Below, piece after piece: positions 11,902-22,362 of a stretch of 54,425 bases of DNA. Both the position numbers and the translations under genes were made by a program. Below the pieces are notes generated by a model. It worked only from the letters and a program-made list of their open reading frames with translations, ran no database searches and was not told the DNA's origin. Numbering within the stretch: the stretch's first letter is position 1; the number at the start of each line of letters is the position of its first letter. The DNA comes from Polyangiaceae bacterium (GTDB lineage Bacteria > Myxococcota_A > Polyangia > Polyangiales > Polyangiaceae), in assembly GCA_035063585.1 (NCBI GenBank), contig JAPSGB010000031.1, positions 1 to 54,425 on the forward strand. Reading direction: 5' to 3'.

Positions 11902-13115
11902 GCCCGAAGACGAGAGCTCCCGCGCCGCGGCCGCCCGGACGCGGGCGCAGCTCGCGCCCTGCTTCATCGCGCGGCGCGCTCCGCATCGGCGTGCTCGTCG
12001 TCGCGACGCTCACCGCGTTCGTGGTCGGAGTGAGCTATCCGGCCATCGCGCGCGGCGAGGAGCTGCTAGAGGCGAGCTGGCAGAACCGCTGGCTGTTGCT
12101 CGGGCTGCTGCTGGTGCCCGCGGTGTTCTGGCGCGGCACCTTCGGCGAGGACCGACGCACGCCGCGCCTCTCGCTCGGCACGCTCGCGCCGCTCATGGCC
12201 GGCCCATCGGGGGTTCGCGTGTGGCTCCGCGACGTGCCGGGCGTAGTGCGTTCGGTGGGGCTCGCGCTGCTCATCGGCGCGATCGCGCGTCCGGTGAACA
12301 CGCTCCAACCGGAGAGCGCGCACGAGGAGGGCATCGACATCATGATCGTGCTCGACCTCTCGGGCTCGATGCGCGCGGTGCTCGACAACCTGCCGCCCGA
12401 GCTCGCACACCTGGCGCCCGCGCGTGGGCGCGGGGAGCGCCCGACTCGACTCGACGGCGCGAAGGCCGTCATCCGCGATTTCATATCGCGGCGGAAGACC
12501 GATCGGATCGGCGTGGTGGTGTTCGGCAAGGAGGCGTACATCCTCTCCCCACCTACCCTCGACTACCATCTGCTCGACACGCTGGTGAGTCGCATGGAGC
12601 TCCGGCTCATCGACGGCAGCGCGACCGCGATCGGCGACGCGCTCGGCGTCGCAGTGGCGCGCATGCGGCATAGCCGCGCGCGCAGCAAGGCCGTGATCCT
12701 GCTCACCGACGGCGACAACAACGCCGGAAAGATCGCCCCCGAGTACGCCGCGCACCTCGCCAACACGGTCGGCGTTCAGCTCTACACCATCCAGATCGGC
12801 AGCGGAGATCGCGGCGAGGTGCAGGACGGGTACGATCTCTTCGGACAGCCGCGCTACGTGAGCTTCTCCTTCCCGACCAACCCCGAGCTCTTGAAGAAGC
12901 TCGCTCACGAGACCGGCGGCGAGATGTACGTCGCAACCGACGCGAAAGTGCTCCAAGCGAGCTTCCACGACGTGCTCGACAAGCTCGAGAAGACCGCGTT
13001 CGAGGCGAGCATCGCGAGCTTCGAGGACCTCTACGGCTACCTGCTCTTGCCCGGCGTGCTCCTGCTCGCGCTCGACGCGCTCTTGCGCTCGCTCGTGCTG
13101 AGGAGGTTCCCGTGA
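11898..13115 (+). CDS. batA: BatA-like vWA domain membrane protein
   Basis: GIDIMIVLDLSGSM (MIDAS), DRIGVVVF, PPTLDY, TAIGDALG and ILLTDGDNNAG. Confidence 0.88.
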   Translation: MSPKTRAPAPRPPGRGRSSRPASSRGALRIGVLVVATLTAFVVGVSYPAIARGEELLEASWQNRWLLLGLLLVPAVFWRGTFGEDRRTPRLSLGTLAPLMAGPSGVRVWLRDVPGVVRSVGLALLIGAIARPVNTLQPESAHEEGIDIMIVLDLSGSMRAVLDNLPPELAHLAPARGRGERPTRLDGAKAVIRDFISRRKTDRIGVVVFGKEAYILSPPTLDYHLLDTLVSRMELRLIDGSATAIGDALGVAVARMRHSRARSKAVILLTDGDNNAGKIAPEYAAHLANTVGVQLYTIQIGSGDRGEVQDGYDLFGQPRYVSFSFPTNPELLKKLAHETGGEMYVATDAKVLQASFHDVLDKLEKTAFEASIASFEDLYGYLLLPGVLLLALDALLRSLVLRRFP

Positions 13116-13143
13116 CGCTTCGCAGCGCCGAGAGGAGGCGTCC

Positions 13144-15258
13144 GTGAGGTTCGCCGATCCGGTCTGGCTGTTCGGGACGCTGGTCGCGCTGGTCGTCGCC
13201 GGGCTGCTGGTGGCGGGCGGCGTGCTCTTGCTCCGCGCGCTTCGGCGCTTCGGTGACGAGGCCTGCGTCGGCCCACTCATCACCAGCCGCGCGGGCGGCC
13301 GACGCGCGCTGAAGGGCGTCCTCTTGGTGTTGGCGGTGGCGCTCGCCTTCGTGGCGCTCGCGAAGCCGCAATACGGGCGCGGGACGCGCCTCATCCCCGC
13401 CACCGATCTCGATGTCGTCGTCGTGCTCGACTACTCGAAGAGCATGTACGCGCGGGACGTCGTGCCCTCGCGCATCGCGCGCGCCAAGATCGAGGTGGGA
13501 CAGCTCATCCGGGATCTGCCCGGAGCGCGCTTCGGCGCGGTCGCCTTCGCCGGAGAGCCGATGAGCTTCCCGCTCACCAGCGACGGCGCCGCGATCGCGC
13601 AGTTTTTCCGCCAGCTCTCCCCGAACGACATGCCGGTCGGTGGGACCGCGATCGCCCGCGCGCTCACCGCCGGCCGCGAGCTCCTCGATCGCGACCCGCT
13701 CAGTCGAACCCACCGCAAGGTGCTGGTGCTGGTCACCGACGGAGAGGATCTGGAAGGCGATCCGGTGGCGGTGGCCGAGTCGGCTGCCAGCGCGGGCATC
13801 ACCATCGACGTGGTGCAGATCGGTGGCCGGACGCCAGAACCCATCCCGGAGGTCAACGCCGCGGGTGAGGTCACCGGTCTTCGCACTGATGATCAGGGCA
13901 GGCCGCTCACGACGTCGCTGAGCGCCGCGGGTGAGGCCCAGCTCGCGCGGATCGCGGAGCTCACCCGCGGCATGGTGGTGCGGAGCGAGCACGGCGAGAC
14001 CGGGATCCGCGCGGTGGCCCGCTCGCTCGGGCGCATGAAGAGCGAGCTCTCCGAGCGGGTCGAGACGATCTACGCGGACGTGTACGCTTATCCACTCGGG
14101 CTCGCCATCCTGCTCCTCGTCGCGGAGACGTTCGTCGGAGAGTCGCGGCGGCGGCGACGCGCCGCGGTGGCTCCTCCGCCGAAGCGAAGGCGGCGAGCCC
14201 GCACGATCGGCGCGTCGGCGCGCGCCGCCGGCGCGACGGCCACCGCGCTCTTGGCCGTCGCGATGGCGGTGGCAACCGGCTGCCAGGAGGGAGAAAATCA
14301 GCTCTTCCTGCGAAACGCCCCCGAGGTCGACCGCGCGCTGGAAGCGTACGACGCCGGCGACGCCGGCGCGGCGGTCGAGCTGCTCGAGAGCTACCTCTCC
14401 ACGGGAAAGTGCGAGAAGGGCGAGATCGGCACGCCGGACAGCGTGCGAAAGCGCCACGCGGCGAGCTTCGATCTCGGGCTCGGGCTGTTCGAGATCGCCG
14501 AGTCGTTCGGGCGGCGCTTCGGCGACGAAGAGCCGCTCGGCGAGGCCGGCCCGACGCCCGCCGAGGAGCAGGCCACGGCGGAGCGAGCGGCGCAGGTCGA
14601 GTGCGCGCTCCGCATCGTGCAGTTGGTGTCGGGCGATCGGACGGTGCCCATCGATCTGCGCGCGCGCGCCTGGTACCTCGCCGGAAACCTAGAGTTCCTG
14701 CGCCGGCAGTATCGCGCCGCGGTCACCGCCTACGACGCCGCGCTCGCGTTGATCCCGGGCTTGCCGGACGACGCGGGCGACGGCATCGGGCGTGACGCGG
14801 CGTGGAATCGCGCCATCGCGCTCGCGCGCCTCGAAGACGAGAAGAATCGCGACGCCGGCCGCGACGCCCAGCCAGAAGCCTCCCCCGACTCCGGCGAGGA
14901 CTCCGGGAACGACGCCGGACCGGACAGCGGAGAGGACGGAGGCGAGGACGGGGGCGGCAAGGAGGATGGCGGCGACGATGGGGGCGAGCAAGACGGCGGG
15001 CACGACGGCGGCGGTCGAGACGCCGGTGCGGACGGCTCGGATCGGAACTCGCAGGATGAGCAGCCGGACGCCGGGAAATCGCGCGACGGCGGACAGCCAC
15101 CTCGACCCCAACCGAGCGCGCAGAACCAACCTCCGCCACCGAACGCGAACCAAGACGAGCGCATGCTCGACATGCTCGAGCACGCGCCCACCCTCCAGCA
15201 CCAGACGGCCAAGGACGGCGCTCCGGGGCGGCGCGTGCAGGGCGCGGAGGACAAGTGA
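13144..15258 (+). CDS. batB: BatB-like vWA protein fused to a BatC-like TPR domain and acidic low-complexity tail
   Basis: MRFADP start, LDYSKSM, PSRIARAK, PLTSD, GGTAIARAL, VTDGEDLEG; then TPR-like helices (AWYLAGN, DAAWNRAIA), a Gly/Asp tail and ERMLDMLE. Confidence 0.82.
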   Translation: MRFADPVWLFGTLVALVVAGLLVAGGVLLLRALRRFGDEACVGPLITSRAGGRRALKGVLLVLAVALAFVALAKPQYGRGTRLIPATDLDVVVVLDYSKSMYARDVVPSRIARAKIEVGQLIRDLPGARFGAVAFAGEPMSFPLTSDGAAIAQFFRQLSPNDMPVGGTAIARALTAGRELLDRDPLSRTHRKVLVLVTDGEDLEGDPVAVAESAASAGITIDVVQIGGRTPEPIPEVNAAGEVTGLRTDDQGRPLTTSLSAAGEAQLARIAELTRGMVVRSEHGETGIRAVARSLGRMKSELSERVETIYADVYAYPLGLAILLLVAETFVGESRRRRRAAVAPPPKRRRRARTIGASARAAGATATALLAVAMAVATGCQEGENQLFLRNAPEVDRALEAYDAGDAGAAVELLESYLSTGKCEKGEIGTPDSVRKRHAASFDLGLGLFEIAESFGRRFGDEEPLGEAGPTPAEEQATAERAAQVECALRIVQLVSGDRTVPIDLRARAWYLAGNLEFLRRQYRAAVTAYDAALALIPGLPDDAGDGIGRDAAWNRAIALARLEDEKNRDAGRDAQPEASPDSGEDSGNDAGPDSGEDGGEDGGGKEDGGDDGGEQDGGHDGGGRDAGADGSDRNSQDEQPDAGKSRDGGQPPRPQPSAQNQPPPPNANQDERMLDMLEHAPTLQHQTAKDGAPGRRVQGAEDK

Positions 15259-17162
15259 ACCGCGGCGCGTGGCTTCTCGGTGCGGCAGGACTGGTGCTCG
15301 CATCGCCGGCGCGCGCGCAGGGCACGGTGAGCCTGCGACTCCGCGCGACCGCCACGCACGTAGGGGTCGGGCAGCCATTTCGCGTCCAGCTCGACGCGCT
15401 CACCTCGGGGGGCGGCGCCGCGCCTGCGAGCCCGCGGCTCTCGGTGCCGGCCGGCGTGAGCGCACGCGGGCCGAGCGTGTCGAGCCAGACGCAGGTGACC
15501 ATCGTCAACGGGCGGCTCGAGCAGCGTCAGGGTATCAGCGCGACCTGGGTGCTCACGGCGTCGCGCACGGGCACGTACCGGATCGGCCCCGCGCAGGTCC
15601 GGGTGAACGGCAGGCTCGAACCGAGCGACACCATCACCGTGCGGGTGGACGCCTCGAGCGGCTCCGCGCCATCCACTCCTCCCTCGCCGTTCGGGTTCGA
15701 CCCGTTCGATCCCTTCAGCGGGATGCCCGGGATGCCATCCTTGCCGGGCTTCGGCAACCCGCTCGACAACGACCCCGACGACAGCGACCCGCTCGCGAAC
15801 CTACCGCCGTTCCCCGATGACCTCCGGCTCGCTCGCGCGCCCGACGACACGGCCTTTCTGCGCGCGGTGGTGACGCCCGAGTCGGCGGTGGTCGGACAAG
15901 AAGTGCGTCTCCGGATCTACGCCTACGGGCACCCGGCACCCTTCCGCGAAGCCAACAGCTCCGAGGCCAGCCGAACCGATTTTCTCGCCTACAGCATCGT
16001 CGACAACTCTTACGGCGAACAGCAGTACCGCGTCCCCATCGACGGGGACGTCTGGTACGCGATGAAGGTGCGCGAGGTCGCTCTCTTTCCCATGCACGCG
16101 GGGAAGCTGACCATCGGGTCGATGACCATGGCCTTCGACGGGCGAGGTTACGCATGGCGCGGGCGAGGCCAGCAGCTCACGAGGACGAGCCCTCCGATCG
16201 AGCTGGTGGTGCGCGAGCCGCCCACCCGGGGGCGGCCGGCGGGCTATCGCGTAGGTGACGTCGGCTCGTACGAGCTCGGCGCCAGCGTGGAGCCGCGGAG
16301 CGTCTCCGCAGGCGACTCCGTGTCCGTGGTGGTGAAGCTGAGTGGCACCGGGAACCTCCCCTACGAGGTGAAGATCCCCGCAGAGCACGGGATCACCTGG
16401 CTCGCGCCGACCATCACGGACGACGTCGGACCGCACGGCCGCGCCGTGGGGGGGTGGCGAAAGTTCTCGTACCTCGTGCGGCTCGACAAGCCGGGGCACG
16501 TAGCGCTCGGCGACGTCACCCTGCCTTACTTCGATCCGTCGAAGAACGCCTACGTCGTGGCGCGCGCGGCGCTCGGCACCGTGGAGGTAGCGACGAGAGC
16601 GGGCGCACCGCCGCCCGAGCTCGAGTCGCGCGACGATCCGCTGGCGTCTCTGGTCGCTCCTCGCGATGCGCTCGGCGCGAGCGCGCGTGCGCCGCTCGGG
16701 CTCGCGGACCATCGGTGGTTCTGGCTCGCGCTTCTCGCCGGTCCGCTCGCCGTGCTGACCGCCAGCGGGTCGGTTCGGCTCGGCCGGAGCGTGGGTGAGC
16801 GTCTCCGAGCCAGACGCTCCTCGCACGAGACGCTCGCGACGCGCGCGCTCGCCGACGCGGAGCACGCCACCGACGCGGCCGCCGCGGCGAGCGCGGTCGA
16901 GCGCGCCGTATTCATCTCGATCGAGGCGGCGCTCGACCTGAAGGCGCGGGCGATCGTCCGACCCGAGCTCCGCGCGGCGCTCGAGGCTCGCGGGCTCGCC
17001 CCTGAGCTGGCAGGCGAAGTGGAGAGTCTGCTCGACGCCTGTGACGCCGCCCGCTTCACCGGCGCGGACGTCGCGCTGCCCGGCGCGCTGGTTCCGCGCG
17101 CGCGGGAGCTCCTCCGCGCGCTCCTCCGCGCGACCGCAAAATCCGCTCGAGGCGACGCTTGA
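15255..17162 (+). CDS. batD: BatD family protein
   Basis: Signal peptide, repeated Ig-like BatD segments (SSQTQVTIVNG, VGDVGSYEL, LSGTGNL, LPYFDP) and C-terminal TM plus helical domain. Confidence 0.85.
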   Translation: MNRGAWLLGAAGLVLASPARAQGTVSLRLRATATHVGVGQPFRVQLDALTSGGGAAPASPRLSVPAGVSARGPSVSSQTQVTIVNGRLEQRQGISATWVLTASRTGTYRIGPAQVRVNGRLEPSDTITVRVDASSGSAPSTPPSPFGFDPFDPFSGMPGMPSLPGFGNPLDNDPDDSDPLANLPPFPDDLRLARAPDDTAFLRAVVTPESAVVGQEVRLRIYAYGHPAPFREANSSEASRTDFLAYSIVDNSYGEQQYRVPIDGDVWYAMKVREVALFPMHAGKLTIGSMTMAFDGRGYAWRGRGQQLTRTSPPIELVVREPPTRGRPAGYRVGDVGSYELGASVEPRSVSAGDSVSVVVKLSGTGNLPYEVKIPAEHGITWLAPTITDDVGPHGRAVGGWRKFSYLVRLDKPGHVALGDVTLPYFDPSKNAYVVARAALGTVEVATRAGAPPPELESRDDPLASLVAPRDALGASARAPLGLADHRWFWLALLAGPLAVLTASGSVRLGRSVGERLRARRSSHETLATRALADAEHATDAAAAASAVERAVFISIEAALDLKARAIVRPELRAALEARGLAPELAGEVESLLDACDAARFTGADVALPGALVPRARELLRALLRATAKSARGDA

Positions 17163-17986
17163 AGCCGCTCGTCGCGCTCGTCGTGTGCGCCCTCGCGCTG
17201 CTCGCGAGCTCCCCGGCGCGCGCGGAGCCGCCTGCGGACCCGTCCGAGCTCTTCGCGACCGGAGTCGCGGCCATCCACCGAGGCGCTTGGGACGAGGCGA
17301 TCGACGACTTCGAGCTGCTCGCCGACCGGGGCTTCGTGCACCCCGACGCCAGCTTCGATCGCGCGGTCGCCTACCTCGGCCGCGCGCGCTCGAAGCGCGT
17401 GCAGCCAGGCGATCTCGGCCACGCCGCCGCCGCGCTCGCCGAGACGCTCGAGCTCCGGCCCGGCGACACCGCCGCCGAGGAGTCACTGACGCGGGTGCGA
17501 GAGGAGATCGCGCGGCGGCGCGCGAGCGAGGGCGCGCACGCGGTCACCACTCACCCATCACTCGCGCGCGCGTTGGTCGGGCTGGTTGGAGAGGACACCT
17601 GGAGCCTCGCGGCCGCGCTCGGCTCGCTGCTGCTCGCGGCGGGCCTCGCCACGCGCCGCCTCGGGCGGGCGCCGCAGCTACGGCTCGGGGGCGCGCTCTC
17701 GACGGCGGTCGGCATGGTAGTGCTACCGGCGGCAGGTGCGCTCGCAGCCACCGCGCGGCACTACCGGCTGACCTCCGAGCCGGCGGTGGTGGTGGCGAGC
17801 GAGGCGCGCCTGCTCGACTCCCGCGGGCAGCCTGCCCGCGGCGCCCGCGGGGACGCTCCTTCCGAGATCCCGGAGGGCGCGAGCGTCGTCGTGCTCGAGC
17901 ACGAGGGCGCGCTCGCGCGCGTAGAGTGGGGCACGGTGTCCGGCTGGGTGGCCGCGGATCGGCTCAGGCTGCTCGCCAGGCGCTGA
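17159..17986 (+). CDS. batE: BatE-like TPR/TM/SH3 protein
   Basis: TPR N-terminus, two TM helices, SH3-like end (IPEGASVVV...SGWV); TTG start overlaps the batD stop. Confidence 0.75.
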   Translation: MKPLVALVVCALALLASSPARAEPPADPSELFATGVAAIHRGAWDEAIDDFELLADRGFVHPDASFDRAVAYLGRARSKRVQPGDLGHAAAALAETLELRPGDTAAEESLTRVREEIARRRASEGAHAVTTHPSLARALVGLVGEDTWSLAAALGSLLLAAGLATRRLGRAPQLRLGGALSTAVGMVVLPAAGALAATARHYRLTSEPAVVVASEARLLDSRGQPARGARGDAPSEIPEGASVVVLEHEGALARVEWGTVSGWVAADRLRLLARR

Positions 17987-18439
17987 CTACTTCGCCGCCA
18001 CCACCTCGGACGTGCAGTGCGGGCAGCGCGTCGCGCCGAGCGCGATCTCGCTGGTACAGAACGGGCATGGCCGCGTGGTGGGAGCGGGAGCCTCGGCTGG
18101 CGTGCGGAGCTTGTTGACCCACCGGACGACCAGGAAGAGCGCGAACGACACGATGAGGAAGCTCACGATCGCGTTCACGAACTGCCCGTAGGAGAGCACC
18201 ACGGCGCCGGCCTCCTTGGCGATCTTGAGCGTCGCGTACGGGCCCGCGCTCTTCCCCTCCCGCAGCAAGATGAACTTGTCGGTGAAGTCCACGTTTCCGA
18301 GCAAGAGCCCGACCAGCGGCATGAAGAGATCGTCCACCAGGGATTTTACGACGGTGGTGAACGCGGCTCCCACGATGATGCCGACGGCCATGTCCACCAC
18401 GTTCCCCTTGATGGCGAATTCTCTAAACTCTTTCAGCAT
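17987..18439 (-). CDS. mscL: Large-conductance mechanosensitive channel with C-terminal CxxC-x10-CxxC
   Basis: [27 protein letters not shown] and [14 protein letters not shown]. Confidence 0.97.
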   Translation of the reverse strand: MLKEFREFAIKGNVVDMAVGIIVGAAFTTVVKSLVDDLFMPLVGLLLGNVDFTDKFILLREGKSAGPYATLKIAKEAGAVVLSYGQFVNAIVSFLIVSFALFLVVRWVNKLRTPAEAPAPTTRPCPFCTSEIALGATRCPHCTSEVVAAK

Positions 18440-18525
18440 GGGAAGATCCGCATTCGAGCCCGTTCTCGCGCGCGTGGCAAGCGATGAATCACGGGCGGTG
18501 GCGCCCGCTCGTGGCCTGATTTAGG

Positions 18526-19116
18526 ATGAGTGACGTGTGGGTCCGCCGCTCCGCCATCCGCCCGGTGCCCGCGTATGCGCGCGTGCCCGAGCGCGCGCTC
18601 GAGGCAGTGCGTGACAACCTCTCGGAAGATGACGACGAGGCGCACGCGCAGCTCGACGCGGCGTTCGAGCGCTTCGAGCAGAAGCAGCCCGATCTCGCCG
18701 CGCACGTCGCCGAGGTCTTGAGCCGGCCGCTCGACGAGACCGCGCTGGCGCTCGGCTACTTCCTCGCGCTCGCCGTGTGGCTCGCCTTCGAGCAGGCTCA
18801 CGGCGAGCACATCGAAGAGGTCGATGAGCAGGAAATCGACGCGACCGAGCAGCTCCTGGCGCTCGACGAGGAGCTCCGGCGCGGCGACCCTGCCGAGCCC
18901 CTGGACAGCGACGACGTAGTCGCCATGGAGCAGCCGCACCTGCTCGAATTCGTCCACGAGCACGTGGACGTCACCCTCGAGACGCACGCGGAGGAGGTCG
19001 ACGTGGACGACGTCCACGTCGTCTATCACCTGGTGCTGGTCGAGATCCTGGCGCTGTCCTACGCGGTGAAACGCCCGGCCGGCTACCCAGTCGCCAAGCG
19101 CGAGCTCATGGCGTAG
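18526..19116 (+). CDS. Acidic helical hypothetical protein
   Basis: 196 aa, strong G/C at third codon positions, no recognised motif. Confidence 0.75.
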   Translation: MSDVWVRRSAIRPVPAYARVPERALEAVRDNLSEDDDEAHAQLDAAFERFEQKQPDLAAHVAEVLSRPLDETALALGYFLALAVWLAFEQAHGEHIEEVDEQEIDATEQLLALDEELRRGDPAEPLDSDDVVAMEQPHLLEFVHEHVDVTLETHAEEVDVDDVHVVYHLVLVEILALSYAVKRPAGYPVAKRELMA

Positions 19117-19170
19117 ACTCCGCCGACCTCGTCGCGAGCGGCGCGAACGGACCGCCGCAAAGGACTCCCA

Positions 19171-20217
19171 ATGCTTCATCTTCGCGTGAACAGGGCTCTC
19201 TTCACGTTGGCCATTCCGGCGCTCCTTGCCGCTTGCGGCGGCATGACCGACATCGGCTACCTCGGACCGGGCGGCGGCTCGAGCGCGGCGGGCAGCGCCG
19301 GCACCGGCGGCACCGGCGGCGCGGGCGGCGCGGGCGGCACCGGCGGCACCGGCGGCTGGGAGCCTGTGACGGGCGGGGCGTCGGGCGCCGGCGCGGTGAG
19401 CGGTGGCGGCGGAATCGGGGGCATCGGTGGCGACGGTGGCACCGGCGCGATCGCGGGCACCGGAGGTACCGGAGCCTGCGGCGGAGAGGTCTGCACCGGG
19501 GCGTCGACTCCGATCGGTCAGATGAGCCCGTGCTGCACGACGAGCGAGACCTGCGGGCTCAGCACCCCGGCGCTCGCCGGCGCGTGCATCGAGAAGAACC
19601 AGGCAGGCAAGCCGGATGACTCGTGCCCGCCCCAGAGCATTCAAGGGATTACGCTACAAGGCTGCTGCAAGACGAATGACCGCTGCGGCGTGCTCGACAC
19701 CTTCATCGGGCTGGGCTGCGTCGATCCGTCGGAGTACGGCCTCGGTACCAGTCAGCCGTGCGGCGGCGGTGGGACCGGCGGGACCGGCGGGACCGGCGGG
19801 ACCGGTGCGACGGGCGGGACCGGCGCGACGGGCGGGGCCGGCGCGACGGCGGGCACCGTCGCGTGCGGCGTCGGCTCGACCACGGAGTGCGAGAAGGGCG
19901 AGCACTGCTGCGCGGTGGGCGGCACCGACGACTACTGCGCGGGAGCCTCGGCGCAGTGTCAGTGTCCGCCCGGCAGCCCGAACTGCCGCCCGGTAGACGT
20001 TCGCTGCGACGCGCCCGAGGACTGCCCCGGGCAGCTGTGCTGCGCGACCTTCTCGTACCAGCAGAACCGATACACGCGCCTCCGCTGCCAGAGCAGCTGC
20101 GACGGGCAGGCCGAGCGGGTGGTGTGCAGCCCGCACGGAACGTGCGCGGACCCCAACCAGACCTGTGGCCAGACGGCCGGGATGCCCGCAGGCTACGATC
20201 TGTGGCGCTGCAACTGA
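19171..20217 (+). CDS. Cys-rich, Gly/Thr-rich lipoprotein
   Basis: Lipobox LLAAC, two GGTGG linkers, each followed by a Cys-rich module (CC pairs, CDAPEDC). Confidence 0.8.
   Translation: MLHLRVNRALFTLAIPALLAACGGMTDIGYLGPGGGSSAAGSAGTGGTGGAGGAGGTGGTGGWEPVTGGASGAGAVSGGGGIGGIGGDGGTGAIAGTGGTGACGGEVCTGASTPIGQMSPCCTTSETCGLSTPALAGACIEKNQAGKPDDSCPPQSIQGITLQGCCKTNDRCGVLDTFIGLGCVDPSEYGLGTSQPCGGGGTGGTGGTGGTGATGGTGATGGAGATAGTVACGVGSTTECEKGEHCCAVGGTDDYCAGASAQCQCPPGSPNCRPVDVRCDAPEDCPGQLCCATFSYQQNRYTRLRCQSSCDGQAERVVCSPHGTCADPNQTCGQTAGMPAGYDLWRCN
19771..19856 (+). repeat. Coding 9-bp-period tandem repeat (GGGACCGGC variants)
   Basis: gggaccggc x3, then gggaccggt and gcgacgggc/gggaccggc variants, encoding the GTG/ATG linker. 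Confidence 0.7.
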
Positions 20218-20230
20218 ACTCCGGGGCGGG

Positions 20231-20701
20231 TCAGCCGCCTCGGGCCTGCTGCGACGCCTGTAGCCGGTCGTGGATGATCTGACGGAGCGCGCGGAGATCG
20301 AAGCGCGCCGGTCGGTCTCCTTCGGGCATCTTGGCGACGTCCTCGACGATGGCGTCCACGTGCTCGCACGGCCGCGCGGGGACCTTGAGGGCCTCGCCGA
20401 GCCGCCGGAGCGCCGCCTCCTCGGTGTCGGTGATCACCCCGTCGAGTCGCGTCATCCACGAGGCGACCGCGTAGACAAACAGCCGATCTTCCTTGGACAT
20501 GCCGCTGCGATCGATGACGCCGATGTCCACCGGCTCCTTCGTCGCCGCCTCGATTTCCGCGATTTCATCGAGCTCGAGCCCGTCTTCGACCGCGGTCCGA
20601 ACGATCGCGTCTGCCTCCTCCGCGTCGAGGTTTCCGTCTGCCCAGCCGATGGCGGCTAGCGCGACGTAGACATCCCTCCCGAGCCTCTTCTCACCGGCCA
20701 T
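20231..20701 (-). CDS. TerB-like/DUF533-like protein
   Basis: LAAIGWADGNLDAEE and MTRLDGVITDTEEAALRRLGEALKV, the paired DG-x-x-x-x-E motifs of the TerB fold. Start at ATG 20701. Confidence 0.75.
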   Translation of the reverse strand: MAGEKRLGRDVYVALAAIGWADGNLDAEEADAIVRTAVEDGLELDEIAEIEAATKEPVDIGVIDRSGMSKEDRLFVYAVASWMTRLDGVITDTEEAALRRLGEALKVPARPCEHVDAIVEDVAKMPEGDRPARFDLRALRQIIHDRLQASQQARGG

Positions 20702-20820
20702 CTCTGCCACCTCGGCTCCATTTCTAGCCAGGAGCCGCGCGGTCTGCAACCGCCGCGACCGGCGAGGGCGCGAAAGTAGCCCGACTAAGGCCTGCGAATT
20801 CACGGTAGCATGCGGGCCGC

Positions 20821-22353
20821 ATGCGTGCCCCGAAGAGCCTCTGGCGAGTGACCTCCGTCCTACTCGTGGCCCTGGCCTCCGCTCCCGCCCTGGCGCAAGC
20901 CGGCGACGCGCGCGCCCAGAGCCTCGCGCGCGACGCGATGGAACAGGATTACCTGGCGACCAACTTCAAGGCGGCCATCGCCAAGCTCCAGACCGCGCTG
21001 AAGAGCTGCGAGAAGAGCAAGTGCTCGCCGGCGACGGTGGCGAAGATCTACGCGAGCCTGGGCACCGTCTACTCGGCCGGTCTGGCGCAGAAGGAGGACG
21101 CCATCGAGGCGTTCAAGGCGGCGCTCAAGAACGACCCGTCGATCACTCCCGACAGCAACTACCTGACCGGTGAAGTGCAGAGCGCCTTCGAAGAGGCAAA
21201 GAAGGCGTCCGGGCCCGCGCCGGTGGTCGTCGAGAAGGCGGTCGCGCCGCTCACCGAGAAGCCATGGACGGAACAGGCGACGTGGCGCCCGGTCCCGGTC
21301 TACGTCGAGTTGCCGGACGGCATCGAAGCCGCGCGGGTCGTCACCCGTTACAAGGCTCCTGGCCAGGACTGGAAGGAGCTGACGCTCCAGAAGCACGGCA
21401 AGGGCTACGCCGGCTACATCCCCTGCGCCGCAGTGGAGAGCGAAGGCGAGCTCCTCTACTTCACCACCGCCTTCGACGCGAACTTCGACCGAATGGCGAG
21501 CGGCGGCTCCACCGAGAACCCCCGCAAGATCCAGCTCAAGAAGGCGATCGACACGCGGCAGCCCTCCCTGCCCGACGCAGTACCGCCGCAAGAGTGCCCG
21601 CGCCCCGTCGAGCGCCTGAGCTGCGAGACCAACGACGACTGCCCGGGCAACCAGGCCTGCGTGAACCTCCAGTGCGTCGACAAGAGCACCGTCCCGAACC
21701 CGGAGGCCGGCAAGGACCAGCTCCGAAAGAAGAACTGGGTCTCCCTCGGGTTCTCTCCGGATCTCAGCCTGGTGAACTCGACCTCCGACGCGTGCAGCCA
21801 AGCGGCGCAGAGCGACGGCACGCTCTCGTGCTTCTTCGGCGGCGGGATACCGGTCGGCTCGGATCCGCTCCCGAGCGGCAGCAGCAACTCGCTGAACGGC
21901 GGCGTGGCGACCGGCACCATGCGCGTGACGGCGGCGTACGACCGAGTGCTCGGCACTCGCATGACGCTCGGGCTCCGCGCGGGCTTCGCCTTCCTCGGCC
22001 CACCGAAGGATTTCCTGCCGCTCCACCTGGAGGCGCGCTTCGCGTTCTTCTTCGCGAAGGATCCGTTCGTGAGCAAGGGCGTCCGTCCCTACGTCTTCGC
22101 CGGCGCGGGCTTGGCGGAGAGCGCCGCGCGCGTCACCACGCCCATCGTCGTCGACACCGGCCAGGCGAACCCCGAACGCAAGAACGTCGACGTCTATCAG
22201 AAGGGCGGGAGCCTCTTCGCCGGCTTGGGCGCGGGGCTGCAGTACGCGGTGTCTCCGAACGCCGCGATGGTCGTCGAGGTGATGGGCCGGGAGGCCTTCC
22301 CGAAGACCGCGACGGTCCTCGCCCCGTACCTCGGGTTCGCCTACGGGCTCTGA
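20821..22353 (+). CDS. Secreted/outer-membrane protein: TPR-like, beta-rich, Cys-rich and C-terminal beta-barrel-like regions
   Basis: Signal peptide (ALA-Q), TPR-like helices, CETNDDCPGNQACVNLQC and amphipathic strands ending LGFAYGL. Confidence 0.75.
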   Translation: MRAPKSLWRVTSVLLVALASAPALAQAGDARAQSLARDAMEQDYLATNFKAAIAKLQTALKSCEKSKCSPATVAKIYASLGTVYSAGLAQKEDAIEAFKAALKNDPSITPDSNYLTGEVQSAFEEAKKASGPAPVVVEKAVAPLTEKPWTEQATWRPVPVYVELPDGIEAARVVTRYKAPGQDWKELTLQKHGKGYAGYIPCAAVESEGELLYFTTAFDANFDRMASGGSTENPRKIQLKKAIDTRQPSLPDAVPPQECPRPVERLSCETNDDCPGNQACVNLQCVDKSTVPNPEAGKDQLRKKNWVSLGFSPDLSLVNSTSDACSQAAQSDGTLSCFFGGGIPVGSDPLPSGSSNSLNGGVATGTMRVTAAYDRVLGTRMTLGLRAGFAFLGPPKDFLPLHLEARFAFFFAKDPFVSKGVRPYVFAGAGLAESAARVTTPIVVDTGQANPERKNVDVYQKGGSLFAGLGAGLQYAVSPNAAMVVEVMGREAFPKTATVLAPYLGFAYGL

Positions 22354-22362
22354 GACTCCACG

